A stretch of 64,000 nucleotides of DNA from an uncultured Bdellovibrionales bacterium (GTDB lineage: Bacteria > Bdellovibrionota > UBA1018 > CAIPTA01), in NCBI GenBank assembly GCA_964551325.1, contig CAZKBU010000001.1, positions 385,184 through 449,183 of the forward strand, written 5' to 3'. A program made the position numbers and the translations under genes. Shown one piece after another: positions 19,621 to 30,453 of the stretch (within the stretch, counting starts at the first letter, position 1; each line of letters starts with the position of its first letter). The notes under the pieces were generated by a model that saw nothing but the letters and a program-made list of their open reading frames with translations, did no database searches and was not told where the DNA came from.

Positions 19621-19661
19621 CAAAAACGGCCTTCGGATCGCTCCGAAAGCCGTTTTCTTTT
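19621..19661 (-). terminator. Rho-independent terminator after rpsI (bidirectional hairpin with flanking A and T runs).
   Basis: AACGGCCTTCGGA-tcgc-TCCGAAAGCCGTT hairpin followed by TTTCTTTT. Confidence 0.5.
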
Positions 19662-19679
19662 GCCTTCCAGGCTCGAAGA

Positions 19680-20081
19680 TTAACGCTTCGAGAACTGGTA
19701 GCGGCGACGTGCGCCCGGACGTCCGGGCTTCTTGCGCTCCACCACGCGGGAGTCGCGGGTAAGGAGGCCTTCCTTCTTCAACACTGCGCGGGTGGCAGGG
19801 TCGATGGTTTGGATCGCGCGAGCCAGGGCGTGACGAACAGCGCCGGCCTGACCAGAAGGTCCACCGCCGCGTACGTTCACAAGAATGTCCCAGGTCTTCT
19901 CGTTGCTGGTGAGCACGAGAGGCTGCTGCACCACGAGGCGGCTGGTAATGCGGGTGAAGTAGTCCTCGAAAGGACGGCCATTCACCGTAATTACGCCAGT
20001 GCCCTTACGCAGGTACACGCGAGCTTGGGAGGTTTTACGCTTACCAATTTCGTGAGTCGTTTGAGCTGCCATATCAGCCAA
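19680..20081 (-). CDS. rpsI: 30S ribosomal protein S9.
   Basis: Full-length match, ending in RRRYQFSKR. Confidence 0.95.
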   Translation of the reverse strand: MADMAAQTTHEIGKRKTSQARVYLRKGTGVITVNGRPFEDYFTRITSRLVVQQPLVLTSNEKTWDILVNVRGGGPSGQAGAVRHALARAIQTIDPATRAVLKKEGLLTRDSRVVERKKPGRPGARRRYQFSKR

Positions 20082-20526
20082 TCACCTTTCCAGATGCGTT
20101 GATCTTAACCGCCTTAGGCTCTTGCACCGCATGTGGGTGCTTGTCGCCCGTATAGATCTTGAGCTTCATGATCTGACGGCGAGCCAGGTGGTTCTTGGGA
20201 AGCATTCCCTTCACAGCGATGCGGAGAATGTCGCCAGGTTTTTTGGCGAGCATTTCTTTTGCCGTGCGGGTCTTGATGCCGCCCACGAATCCCGTGTGGC
20301 GAATGTATACTTTGTCGTCCCACTTCTTGCCCGTGAGCTTCACCTTTTCGGCGTTGATCACGATTACATAGTCGCCGTTGTCGAGATGCGGAGAGTAAGT
20401 GGGCTTGTGTTTACCCATGAGGAACATAGCCACTTGCGAGGCCACGCGTCCTACCACTTGATCTTTTGCATCCACAACGAGCCAGCCGCGGGATATTTCT
20501 TTTTTCTTCGTAAATTGAGTCGTCAT
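20074..20526 (-). CDS. rplM: 50S ribosomal protein L13.
   Basis: Full-length L13 signature. Overlaps rpsI by 8 nt (operon). Confidence 0.95.
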   Translation of the reverse strand: MTTQFTKKKEISRGWLVVDAKDQVVGRVASQVAMFLMGKHKPTYSPHLDNGDYVIVINAEKVKLTGKKWDDKVYIRHTGFVGGIKTRTAKEMLAKKPGDILRIAVKGMLPKNHLARRQIMKLKIYTGDKHPHAVQEPKAVKINASGKVIG

Positions 20527-20709
20527 AGTTTTTTGGTTCCTAACTTTTTGCGAGGTTTAGGAGCTCGTGGAGAAGCCCCTAGGTATAGGGGAATTGGCCC
20601 GCACGGTCAAGAAAGAATCCCCTGGAATTTCAATTGTTTTGCTGCGGGCGGGGGTTCGCGCCCAATCGGGAAACTCCAGCAATTTCATGTTGTTAGGGAA
20701 TATTTCCGC

Positions 20710-23538
20710 TTAAAACGACCCGATGGAAAAGTGAAATCGCACACGGCTCGGATCAAGCACGGTGGTGTCGCCAACCGTTTCAGCGCTTTGCAGCTTCCAG
20801 GCGATATCGAGCACCACCGGACCCACAGGGGTGTTGTAGCGGAGGCCCCAGCCCATCGAACTGCGCAGAACAAAGGGACGAATCGCATCTACCGCGAGGT
20901 TTCCTGCGTCCAAAAATGCCGCCGCACCAAAGCTGCCCGAAATCGGAATCCGGAGCTCTCCCCGATAATTCACTAGGGTGAGGGAGCCGGAAATCGTCTT
21001 TTTGGTCTCCACCTCAATCGCATCCTCGTTGTAGCCGCGAATGGAGCCAATGCCGCCGAGCCGGAACAATTTAATGAAGGGGATCTCGAAGCCCTGCACG
21101 TTGGAGCGCTCAAATCCAAAATTGATGGCCCCGGCAAACACCACGTCGCCGAACAAATTGAAGTAGGCGGAATTGAATGTGGTGGTTTTGATGTAACCCA
21201 CATTTTCCCCCGAACCGAAAAAGCGGGACGCGGTCTCGAATCGATTCGTGGAAAGAACACCCTTGGTTGGATTGTAGCGGTCGTTACGCGAATCCACGAT
21301 GAAGCCCGGTGTAATGGAGCCGATGAAGACCACTTTTTCATCGTCGCGGGTGTAGGGAAGTTTTACGTCGGAAATTTTCGTTCTTTCATAGCTGTGCTCC
21401 ACAAATCCGGTGAGATACCTGTGGAGGGGACGCGAAAGTCCCGTCACAATTCGAGCGGTACCCGCATCGAAACTCGTAAATCGCCGCTTCAGAAGATTTA
21501 CCTGAGACGTCAGCGTCACGGGCCAGTTAGCCAGATACGGTTCCTTCACACCGAAGGAGATGTTGTATTCAGGAAAACTGTAGTCCTCGAGGCGTCGGTT
21601 GAAGATCGCGTCGGCAAAAACCGTGCGGTTCCAGCCGCCGAGATTGTTGTAAGCCACTCCCAAAGCCAAGCGAAGGCCCAAGTCGTTTCGATAACCCGGC
21701 GCCACTTCGAGCACTCCGGGCTCAGTCTCATCAATGAGAATAATTACGTCCTTCACGGTGGGATCATCGGGCCGATCAATCGGGCGGATGATCACCGAGC
21801 TGAAGAGATTGAGTTTGCGAAGATTTCCCTCGGCTTCATCCAGCAGAGGCCTTGTGAGAATATCGCCCGCAGTAAACGGCATTTCCCGCAGCACCACCCT
21901 CGCATGAGTTTTTTTGTTACCTCGAACCACCACATCGCCCACGCGGGAGACTGGCCCTTCTTCCACCTGCAAGTTCACCGTGACCGAGCCCTGATCGGCG
22001 GAATACACCACCAAAGACTCTGTGCCCTCGTTGAGAATTTTGAAATCCATGTGGCCAAGCGCATCGTAACGCTTTTTCAGCTGCACCAGCCCTTTCTCAA
22101 ACTCAAAGACATTGAACGGCTCTTCCGTCTTAAGTCCGAGCGCCGTCAGAAGCTCTCCTTCCCCGATCACTTTTGATCCGGAAACCGAGGCCTCTCGCAG
22201 GATCGTCTGGACTCCCTCGCTGAAAAGCACCGTGACGCGAGCTTCCGTGTGGTCCTGATTAAAATCGTTTCGAATGAATTCTACTTTTGCTGACAGGAAT
22301 CCCCGTCCTCGAAGATGATCCGTAAACAACTCTGCCGCCTGAGTGATTCCAGCTTCATGGTAAAAGCCCCTTTGGACGAGACGAGACGCCATTCCTTCAA
22401 AGGTCGCTCTGGCCTCTTCCTGAGAAAGAGAAAAAATCCCCTCAATGCGCAAATCCGCGATTCGAATTCTTTGGCCCTCTTCGATCAGAAAGCTGACTTG
22501 CCTGATTCCGCGAATCGGGTCCTCTTTTACCGACGACGAGACCTTTACGTTCGGGAATCCGGACGCGCGATAGACATCGAGGATTTTTCGCTTTACGGCG
22601 TCGAGGTAGTCTTGCCCCACGGCGATCTCTTTCACTTCGGAGACGAACTGCATGAGTTCCCGGTAGCTGAAAAGTTCATTGCCCCGGAATCCGAAGCGCA
22701 CTCTTGGGCCATAGTCGATTTTAACAAGCAGGATCACAGATTCGTCGGGCGCCACAGACGGCTCAACCACCGGCTCTTTAGCAAGCACAAACTCTCGGTC
22801 GCGCAGCCACTCCCTCACCCGTGTTTTTCCTTCGTCGACTTTCGAGCGCTGAAGGCGATCTCCCGTAGCCACGCCAAACGCGTCTCGTAATTCAGACTCG
22901 TATCTTCGGCGTATCACTGGGTCCTCGATTTCCTTCACCGGGGAAATCCGAACCTCTCCCACTACGCTGGCAGCCCCCTCCTCGATGTCGAAGCGAAGAT
23001 CGCCGTCGGGCCCGACGAACAGGTCCACTTTCACCCCGAGAAATCCGTTACCAAGATAGTGTTTTCGCAGGCGCTGACCAGCCTGCTCTAAAAGCCCCAC
23101 GTCGAGATCGGAGCCCTCTCGCAGTTCCACCACCGATAGAAGAGAGTTTTCTGAAAGCTGCTGATTCCCCTTGAACTGAACCGACTTCACTTTCTTTCTC
23201 GACTGATATTCCACCCAAACGTCCAGACCGTTTCCCTGTGTGGAGATGTAGTAAACTTCAACTCGGGAATCGCCTTGGTTTTCGTGGAACCACTGCAAAA
23301 TCCTTCGCACCTCACCCACCTCAAGGGGCCGGCCCTCCATCGCCTCGAATTTCTTCTTGAGACTCTCGGGGGGATTGTCTCGACCGAACCTCACCGCTCG
23401 CACCATTCGACGGGCGGCTCCCGCTTGAGCCTCCAGAAAGGCCCTCGAAGTGGGCGACACGTCAGCGGCCGCCCCCGCCGAGACGAGCAGTATTAAGAAG
23501 GATGTGAGGATCGGGTGAAATCTCACTTGAACCCCCAC
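20710..23538 (-). CDS. bamA: Outer membrane protein assembly factor BamA (Omp85 family), long form.
   Basis: Signal peptide, multiple POTRA-like repeats, and a C-terminal 16-strand barrel ending in RFHFSIGSF. Confidence 0.8.
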   Translation of the reverse strand: MGVQVRFHPILTSFLILLVSAGAAADVSPTSRAFLEAQAGAARRMVRAVRFGRDNPPESLKKKFEAMEGRPLEVGEVRRILQWFHENQGDSRVEVYYISTQGNGLDVWVEYQSRKKVKSVQFKGNQQLSENSLLSVVELREGSDLDVGLLEQAGQRLRKHYLGNGFLGVKVDLFVGPDGDLRFDIEEGAASVVGEVRISPVKEIEDPVIRRRYESELRDAFGVATGDRLQRSKVDEGKTRVREWLRDREFVLAKEPVVEPSVAPDESVILLVKIDYGPRVRFGFRGNELFSYRELMQFVSEVKEIAVGQDYLDAVKRKILDVYRASGFPNVKVSSSVKEDPIRGIRQVSFLIEEGQRIRIADLRIEGIFSLSQEEARATFEGMASRLVQRGFYHEAGITQAAELFTDHLRGRGFLSAKVEFIRNDFNQDHTEARVTVLFSEGVQTILREASVSGSKVIGEGELLTALGLKTEEPFNVFEFEKGLVQLKKRYDALGHMDFKILNEGTESLVVYSADQGSVTVNLQVEEGPVSRVGDVVVRGNKKTHARVVLREMPFTAGDILTRPLLDEAEGNLRKLNLFSSVIIRPIDRPDDPTVKDVIILIDETEPGVLEVAPGYRNDLGLRLALGVAYNNLGGWNRTVFADAIFNRRLEDYSFPEYNISFGVKEPYLANWPVTLTSQVNLLKRRFTSFDAGTARIVTGLSRPLHRYLTGFVEHSYERTKISDVKLPYTRDDEKVVFIGSITPGFIVDSRNDRYNPTKGVLSTNRFETASRFFGSGENVGYIKTTTFNSAYFNLFGDVVFAGAINFGFERSNVQGFEIPFIKLFRLGGIGSIRGYNEDAIEVETKKTISGSLTLVNYRGELRIPISGSFGAAAFLDAGNLAVDAIRPFVLRSSMGWGLRYNTPVGPVVLDIAWKLQSAETVGDTTVLDPSRVRFHFSIGSF

Positions 23539-26500
23539 CGGAACTTTACATCAGCGCCATAGGATCGCCTTGGTTCGTTGACCTGGATTCCAGGCTCTTG
23601 TTCATAAATTGCGCCCACGCTCGCCTTGCTTCCCACCCGGTAGTCCAGGGTGGCGTCGAGCTCATTTCCTCCTTGCGAGCTACCGAAGGCAGACCCCACT
23701 GAGGCGTCGAGATTCTTCATCACCTGAGTCTTCAAATAGACTTTCGGCGCCGCGGACCCTCCGGTGGTTCGCGGCCGAATGATGTTCGCCTCCGAATCCC
23801 GAATGGAGGGCGCTACAGATATTTTAAATCCGCGCTGCTGCAGGTCGCGGTTCAGCTTGAGCTGATCAAGAAGCAGCGAGCCCACCTCTGTGTAGGTGAG
23901 CGCGCTCTTGTCGTCGGGATTAATTTTTCTGGCCTCAGTGCCAGTGTATCCAAACGCCAAGAGAGAAAGGATGTCCTCCTGGGAGAGACTAGGACTGGAG
24001 GAAAGAGAGATTCTAGGACTCTCGGACGTACCCGCCGCAAAAATATTCACTTTATAGCCGTTCAGATTTGCCGTTCCGCCTACTGAAAACTGCGGGTCAA
24101 AGTACTCGGGATTCGGCATTCTCACCACGGCATGGTCGAGCGCAAAGGGAGTGTTTCGGAAGTTCAGCGTGCCCTTGACCAATTCGGCTCGCGCCGTCAC
24201 CTGCGGAAATTCAAAGTTATTCAACAGACTAACTTCGCCGCGAAACTCGGCGTTCAAGAGATCGTTTTCGATGACCACGCCTCGCTCGGCCAGCGCACGG
24301 ATCTTCAACTCGTAAATTGAACTTTTACGCCCCACGCTTTCCGGAAGGTACCGCGCGCCCCTCTGAGTCTTGCGGCCACCGAAATCAAAGTTCTTCTTCA
24401 TTAGGACTCTGCGCACCCGCGCCAACCCGCCGAACATATACGGCGGCTTTTCCCCGCTAAAACTAAGGCGCGCTTCATCGAATTCTGCAAAGTTCACCGG
24501 GAAGAAGCGAATCCGATTGTTGGTAAGAAAGATATCAATCCCCATTTCAGGGGCTCGGTCTAGGTGAAGCTTGATACCTCCTCCTAGGCGAGCCTCTCCG
24601 CCTCCGATGCGAGCATTTGTGTCTTCAAACTGAACGCTTTCGCCACGGAACACGAGCCGGCCATTGAGGTCTTCCACCGGAGCGTCGAGACCGTTGATTC
24701 GAAGCGTCCCCCCTTTGAATGCAATGCGACCTGAGCCGTTCACCTTTGCCGGAGAGCCCCCCAGATTCACGTCGATCCCGATCTGCCCACGGGCCTCCTC
24801 GATCAATGAAGTTACAAATTCTAACACTCGCAGCGAACCGTCGCCCTTCAGTCGCCAGTCGATTTTCGATCCGTCCAGGGCCGACGCGGTAGTGAGATTC
24901 AACTTTGTTTCGGTGCCCACAATCGAAGCGGATTGACTTCTGATCTCCCCGTCGATTCCAGCGATTTCCACGGGGTTCTCTAGTCCGATCGAAACCGATT
25001 CCTTTTCGGCCGCCAGCTCCCGAAGAGTCCCGCGCCCGAGACCGCGACGCAAATCTCCCGACGGCCATTTCATCTTGTAGTCGCCCGCAACCCAAAGATG
25101 GAGTCGCTCATCGGCACAAGTTTTCCGATTCAAAGCACAAAGAACCCAGTTGAGCTCCGGCCTCCGAAGGTGCGCAGCGAAGCTGGACTCTGCTCCCGCT
25201 TTTCTTGCCATTCGCCACTGCAAGGATACGTCTTTTTGCTCTGATTCCACTCCGATGGCCACAGCCTCGGCATCGGTTTTTATCTCGACCGCCATTGCCT
25301 GAACGGGCTTCGTCCGAACCACAAGATTTCTTAGATTGATTTGTGTTTGGCTTTTCAGCGCCTCCCACTTTCCCTGACCTGAGCTCTGAATCTCCCAAGT
25401 TCCCTCAAGTGGAAATCCAAGCCCCGCCACCCAATCCAGATCTCTCACTTTTCCGCGCGGGACCGATAGCTGGTATTTCATTTCGTCATTTCTGAAGTAT
25501 TGAATTTCTCCCACGAACTCAGAGTTGAATTTTCGGGCCCGCACATTTTGCGCAAAAATGGTTCCACGGTCCAGGCCCGCCCGCGCAGTGAGCTCTGATA
25601 CGTACTCGCCTTTGTAGAGGAGCCTGGACCCCCGGAGATCCGCTTTGATTTGGAGGCTGTCGATACCCTTATCGTAGCCACCGGTCACCCGCGCGATCCC
25701 GTCGATCTCCCCTGTCATCCCGTGAGGTATCCAGGAAATCTGCCTTAGCTGATAGGCGAATACTTTGAACAAATCGTCTGGTGCAGTTTTAACGAAGCGG
25801 GCAGTGAGGTCGATGTCGTCGTTGTTCCCGTCGATACTGACGCTCCCATTCACTTCGTAACGACTGTTGTTCATCTTTCCCAGCAAACGATCAAGGAACA
25901 CCAAAGAGTTTCTGTCGTCGATGGATACTTTTCCCTCCAACTCGCCAAAGTCGAAGTTCAGGAACTTTGCGTCCTTCTGCTTGAGATCGAAATCAAAGAA
26001 GATGTCGTCGCCTTTTCCATGGATATGGGCTTTGACCGCCCCGTTCCCCACAACAGGTAATCCGGAAATGTCTCCCAACTCACGACCAAGATCGACTTGG
26101 GGGGCGTCCCCAATAATGTTCCATCCGGAACCCTTCGATAGCCCACCATTTACTTGTAGTGTGCCGGACGGAAAGGTGAGGCTCGTGTCTTGAATCTGGA
26201 TGTCGCCGCCCTTTACCTTCACGGCCCCCTTTAGCTGAAAGGGATTCTTGGTTCCGATAATTTTTTTGTAGGGGCGCGATTTCCCGTAAACCTGATTGTT
26301 CAATTCAAATCCACTCACCCGCAGGTTCGGCAGCACCTGAATCTCCGTTACGTCCACGCCGTTTTTTGATTTTGCCAAGCCGATCCCCACGTCGACCGCG
26401 CCGTGGAAATCACCCTTAATCACGCTCACGTCTTTAAGGGCCTCACCTGCAAATTCAAGGTAGCTGGCGTTCTCCGCCTCCAAGCGGATTTTTAACTCCT

Positions 26501-27581
26501 GGGCTGGCAGAGGAAACGAAACTTCCAGTGGTGCCGCTAACCGAACAATGCCTCCACTTTTTTTCAGTTCCAAACTTCCCACTCGAAGAGTGCCTGCAGC
26601 CCACTTGGCCCCCGCCTGTACCTTCTCGATATTCCAAAGGCCATACTTCAATCCCGAAGCCTGCACAGAGCCTTCCACGTTGGGAGACCTCACACTTCCC
26701 GTAACTTTGAGGTCCGCAAGAAGATCCCCCTGAAGATCACCGGTGGGCCCCACAAACTCCGCCAGATCAGCCGCCGACCCACGCACAATCGCCTTCAGCG
26801 CCACCTTCAGATTTTCCGGCTCTCGGATGTTTCCCAACAAATTGCCCTCGATGTGAGCCGCCTCTGCCTTGCGCTGCAGGTCGAGCGAAGAAACTCGCAC
26901 CCCGGCCGGATCCATGTCGACATTCCCTTTAATCGCTTCCAGACGCTCTTTGGTCGTCCCATCCTCAAAAGCAACTCCCTCGAGATTTGCCACGGCCGAA
27001 AATCCACCCTGCTCCGGAGCAAGGCTCAACACACCGATCTTTTCTACGGCAACTTGAACGGGTGCCTTTCCTCTACGCTCCGCCACAACTTTCACGGATG
27101 ACTCTCGAAGCTCCAGCTGCTGCACCAAAAACTGGAGCGACTTGTCGACCTTGACCAGAATTGGATTGAAGAGAAGATCAAATGGATCAGCATCTGAATC
27201 TCCAGATCCAGGAGGAACGCGAAGACTGACCTCCCCCGACTGCACAAATACCTTGTTGATCGTCACTCCGCGGCTGAACGCCTGGAGCATCTTGAAGGTA
27301 ATTCCTAGTCGACCCACTTTAGCGAACGAGCCCACACGAAGACCCGCAATGTTTTGCGAGCGCTCGACTTGAATGCTTACGTTCACAAGAGAAACACTGG
27401 GCGGTAGAATTCCCACGGTCAGTCGGTCGAAATCCAACTTCACTCCAGAGTCTTCGGGGAACTGTCTTTTGATCTGGTCCTTCAGGATGTTGGCGAATTT
27501 TTCCGATTGGATATAGCCAATGGCGAGCCCAGTGCTGAGAGCAACCACGAGCGCAAATATCCAGAAGATTCTTCTTCCCAT
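23523..27581 (-). CDS. tamB: TamB-like translocation and assembly module protein (AsmA family, DUF490 C-terminus).
   Basis: 1352 aa. N-terminal signal anchor, a long beta-rich repetitive body and a C-terminal DUF490-like segment. Encoded directly upstream of and overlapping bamA. Confidence 0.7.
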   Translation of the reverse strand: MGRRIFWIFALVVALSTGLAIGYIQSEKFANILKDQIKRQFPEDSGVKLDFDRLTVGILPPSVSLVNVSIQVERSQNIAGLRVGSFAKVGRLGITFKMLQAFSRGVTINKVFVQSGEVSLRVPPGSGDSDADPFDLLFNPILVKVDKSLQFLVQQLELRESSVKVVAERRGKAPVQVAVEKIGVLSLAPEQGGFSAVANLEGVAFEDGTTKERLEAIKGNVDMDPAGVRVSSLDLQRKAEAAHIEGNLLGNIREPENLKVALKAIVRGSAADLAEFVGPTGDLQGDLLADLKVTGSVRSPNVEGSVQASGLKYGLWNIEKVQAGAKWAAGTLRVGSLELKKSGGIVRLAAPLEVSFPLPAQELKIRLEAENASYLEFAGEALKDVSVIKGDFHGAVDVGIGLAKSKNGVDVTEIQVLPNLRVSGFELNNQVYGKSRPYKKIIGTKNPFQLKGAVKVKGGDIQIQDTSLTFPSGTLQVNGGLSKGSGWNIIGDAPQVDLGRELGDISGLPVVGNGAVKAHIHGKGDDIFFDFDLKQKDAKFLNFDFGELEGKVSIDDRNSLVFLDRLLGKMNNSRYEVNGSVSIDGNNDDIDLTARFVKTAPDDLFKVFAYQLRQISWIPHGMTGEIDGIARVTGGYDKGIDSLQIKADLRGSRLLYKGEYVSELTARAGLDRGTIFAQNVRARKFNSEFVGEIQYFRNDEMKYQLSVPRGKVRDLDWVAGLGFPLEGTWEIQSSGQGKWEALKSQTQINLRNLVVRTKPVQAMAVEIKTDAEAVAIGVESEQKDVSLQWRMARKAGAESSFAAHLRRPELNWVLCALNRKTCADERLHLWVAGDYKMKWPSGDLRRGLGRGTLRELAAEKESVSIGLENPVEIAGIDGEIRSQSASIVGTETKLNLTTASALDGSKIDWRLKGDGSLRVLEFVTSLIEEARGQIGIDVNLGGSPAKVNGSGRIAFKGGTLRINGLDAPVEDLNGRLVFRGESVQFEDTNARIGGGEARLGGGIKLHLDRAPEMGIDIFLTNNRIRFFPVNFAEFDEARLSFSGEKPPYMFGGLARVRRVLMKKNFDFGGRKTQRGARYLPESVGRKSSIYELKIRALAERGVVIENDLLNAEFRGEVSLLNNFEFPQVTARAELVKGTLNFRNTPFALDHAVVRMPNPEYFDPQFSVGGTANLNGYKVNIFAAGTSESPRISLSSSPSLSQEDILSLLAFGYTGTEARKINPDDKSALTYTEVGSLLLDQLKLNRDLQQRGFKISVAPSIRDSEANIIRPRTTGGSAAPKVYLKTQVMKNLDASVGSAFGSSQGGNELDATLDYRVGSKASVGAIYEQEPGIQVNEPRRSYGADVKFRWGFK

Positions 27582-27584
27582 CGT

Positions 27585-30389
27585 CTACTGAACCTTGCTT
27601 CTCACGTTTCGAAAATCAGGATCAATTCGCGCCACTTCAAGGAAGCACTCCCGTGATTCTTCCTTTCTCTGCATTCGCTCTAGGCTTTCCCCCAGAGAAA
27701 ACAGCAAGGGCACTTTTTCTAAATCCGAGAGCGTTGCATCGCCAGCCAGTCGACGAAGCAAAGCAACGGCGCCAGGCAAATCGCCTCGCCTCTTTTTGCT
27801 TTCCGCCAATAGACCACCCGCTTTGATGCGGTCGTCGCGGGTTCCGTTGGCGCGAACATGGGTCCAGACGGTTTCAGCCTCGCCATGCATTCCCATTTCG
27901 AGAAAGCCGATTCCTAACTCAAGAAGGGCCGACGGATCATTCGTTTTAATGAGTGTCGCGAGATCCACATGAAGTTTCCCCGACTCATCTTCAATGTCGA
28001 GGTGGAAGTCGGCCACGAGCCTGTCCACGATGTCGCCGATCGACTCACCGCTGGGCAAATCGGAGCTCGCCCTGGTGTATAGACCCTCGGGAAGTTCTCG
28101 GGCTCTGGCCTCTCGCAGTTTTTCTCTGACGACGGCTGGATCAGCTCCAATCGCCAGCGCCTGGCGATAAAACTTCCTGGCGAAATGAAATTTTCCTGCC
28201 GCTAACTGTTGGTCCCCCCTCAGCAGGACTTCTTGCGGCGTCAGCGGAGGGATCTCCTCCTTGGGCGGCGCAACCGGCTCGCTTGGCGACGTAGATAATT
28301 CAGCGCCCTCCACCGAGGTGACCGTTGTGGGAACCGCCTGAGTGGGCTCAGCTAGCCGAGTTTCTTCGCCGCCACCGCCACCATCCACCGACATTGCCGT
28401 TGCCACCGTGAGACCGTCGGACTCGATCATTCCCGTGGCCTGAGCCAACAAATCCTCACCAAGATCGGGGCCCTCACCCTTGGGCGATTCTGTCGCCTTG
28501 GTGGCCTCAAAATTAAATCCGCGCTCTTGGCCCGCCATTACTGCGCCTAGGGGCGAGGTAAATTCAGTTTCTCTTATGGACTCAAGGAGCGATGACTCGT
28601 CACCCGACGGCTGAGCAGCCACGCTCGCAGTTGCTTCTTCCTGCGGTGGCTCCGACGAGGGCTCCATCGGCGCATCCTCTGCCAAGGCTTCTTGCAGCAC
28701 GTCCGTACTGGTAGCGGGCTCTTCGATTTTTTGTTCCGGCTCGGGCGAGGGCACACCAAGGGCACCGCTCATAAATTCCTTCAATGCCTCCGACCCGAAA
28801 GTGAGGCCCGTTTCTTTCGCATCGTCGGATGACGGGGCAACGTCTTCGCTCTCGCCCGAGTCGACCTGAGCCAACATTTCCTTTAACTTCGCCGGGTCGA
28901 TGATCTGGGTGGCCTCTTCGCGCTCCACTCCGTCATCAGACGGGCCCACATCAGGCGTTGGCGGCTCTTCTGCCTCTAAGGGCTCATGCGACGGAGCTGA
29001 AGGAACCGGCGCCACTGGCGCTTTCCTCTCCCACGCTGGCTCTTTTTTTAAGGAGGCAATTAAATCTAATGGGGAAAGAGCCGGTTCTTCCGCGGGTGGG
29101 GGCGGCGCTACAGGCTCCGGAGCTGCGGCCTCGGATTCCGTCGGCGCCTCCTCTTCTGCCGGAACACTAGCGGGCTTCTCTGGCTCTGGAACGGGTGCAG
29201 CCTTTTCATCCTGTCGAGCCTGAATTTTTTTTGCCTCACCGGAACTGAGAATCAACTCTCCAGCGCCTTCGTCGCCGCCGCCAAGCTCAACTTCTCCCGG
29301 AAGAGCAACTCCCTCAGAGTCATTCGAAGGCGCAGATGTAGCTTCATTTTTTGGGGCCACCTCAACTGCCGCGACACTCTCGGCGGGAGCGGCTGGCGGC
29401 TTTTCGGAACTTTCGGCCTCAACCTGTTTCCCGAGAATCGCATTTAGAAATGTGTCCGCGCTGTGCTCGTCGGAACCGCCCCCTTCTGAAAATGAAATCC
29501 ATCCATTTTTTTCTTCGAATGCCGCGATCTGCTTGTTCAAAATCGGTGACGGCACCTGTCGATCTGAAATCACACGCTCCTTCACGTAGCGATATACGAA
29601 TAGGCTCTCGTTCAGCTTCTGTTGCTCCGCAAGAATCCGAGCAAAGAGCAAACTGGCAAGCGTAAAATCCGGGTCTCGGCGAATCGCCTCTCGAAGATAC
29701 GAATAGCAACCGGGCAAATCTGCACGACGGTAACATCCCCATGCCACCGCATAGGCCGCTTTGGCATCGCGAGGAAACCAAGGAATCAGGCTCTTGATCG
29801 AATCAAACACTTCGGGAGACAGTTCCGTTGGGTCCCCGCCGGTTTCAAACACTTCGGAGGTCAGCCCAGGAGGCCCCAGCAACGCCACCAGGAGATGGAT
29901 CAATTTCTGCTCCGCGAGAGCTATGCCCATGATCTCCACCCAGGCGGCACGAAACTTTTGTTCCTTTGGAGCCACACGAACCAGGAGTGGAAACACATTC
30001 AATGCATCGAAGTATTTTTTTCGAGGCAGGTAGATTGCCAGAACTTTTTGAGCCGTATTCGCGGCCTCACTAAATTTCCCCGATGCCTCGCACTGGGCCG
30101 CATACTCTTCGAGCAAGCCAACGTTTTCCGGTTCCCGCTCGAGCGCCTGCTTGAGAATCGCAACGGCAAGCTGTGGCTTGCCCGCTTTGGCCACTCTTTT
30201 GGCATAACCCAAGAGTGTTGCGATGGATGCCGCCATGTCGCCGTCCGCAGCGTAGGCGGCGGCAAGTTTAGTTACGTAGGTTTGATTATTGGGCTCGCTC
30301 GCAACAAGACTCTTGAAAGCCTGAATGGCTTCCGCGACCTTACCCTTTTCAAGAAGCTTATCCGCTTCTGCCAGCTTCTGCGCAGACAT
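27585..30389 (-). CDS. Large TPR-repeat protein with a central acidic Pro/Ala/Glu-rich low-complexity region of about 400 aa.
   Basis: TPR-like helices at both ends. The middle is strongly acidic and disordered. The stop overlaps the tamB start (ATGA). Confidence 0.6.
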   Translation of the reverse strand: MSAQKLAEADKLLEKGKVAEAIQAFKSLVASEPNNQTYVTKLAAAYAADGDMAASIATLLGYAKRVAKAGKPQLAVAILKQALEREPENVGLLEEYAAQCEASGKFSEAANTAQKVLAIYLPRKKYFDALNVFPLLVRVAPKEQKFRAAWVEIMGIALAEQKLIHLLVALLGPPGLTSEVFETGGDPTELSPEVFDSIKSLIPWFPRDAKAAYAVAWGCYRRADLPGCYSYLREAIRRDPDFTLASLLFARILAEQQKLNESLFVYRYVKERVISDRQVPSPILNKQIAAFEEKNGWISFSEGGGSDEHSADTFLNAILGKQVEAESSEKPPAAPAESVAAVEVAPKNEATSAPSNDSEGVALPGEVELGGGDEGAGELILSSGEAKKIQARQDEKAAPVPEPEKPASVPAEEEAPTESEAAAPEPVAPPPPAEEPALSPLDLIASLKKEPAWERKAPVAPVPSAPSHEPLEAEEPPTPDVGPSDDGVEREEATQIIDPAKLKEMLAQVDSGESEDVAPSSDDAKETGLTFGSEALKEFMSGALGVPSPEPEQKIEEPATSTDVLQEALAEDAPMEPSSEPPQEEATASVAAQPSGDESSLLESIRETEFTSPLGAVMAGQERGFNFEATKATESPKGEGPDLGEDLLAQATGMIESDGLTVATAMSVDGGGGGEETRLAEPTQAVPTTVTSVEGAELSTSPSEPVAPPKEEIPPLTPQEVLLRGDQQLAAGKFHFARKFYRQALAIGADPAVVREKLREARARELPEGLYTRASSDLPSGESIGDIVDRLVADFHLDIEDESGKLHVDLATLIKTNDPSALLELGIGFLEMGMHGEAETVWTHVRANGTRDDRIKAGGLLAESKKRRGDLPGAVALLRRLAGDATLSDLEKVPLLFSLGESLERMQRKEESRECFLEVARIDPDFRNVRSKVQ

Positions 30390-30453
30390 GGGCCTCCTAC
30401 CCGCAACACCACACAGGGCGCGTCAAATGCACCCATTTCTGCTGACTATAATT

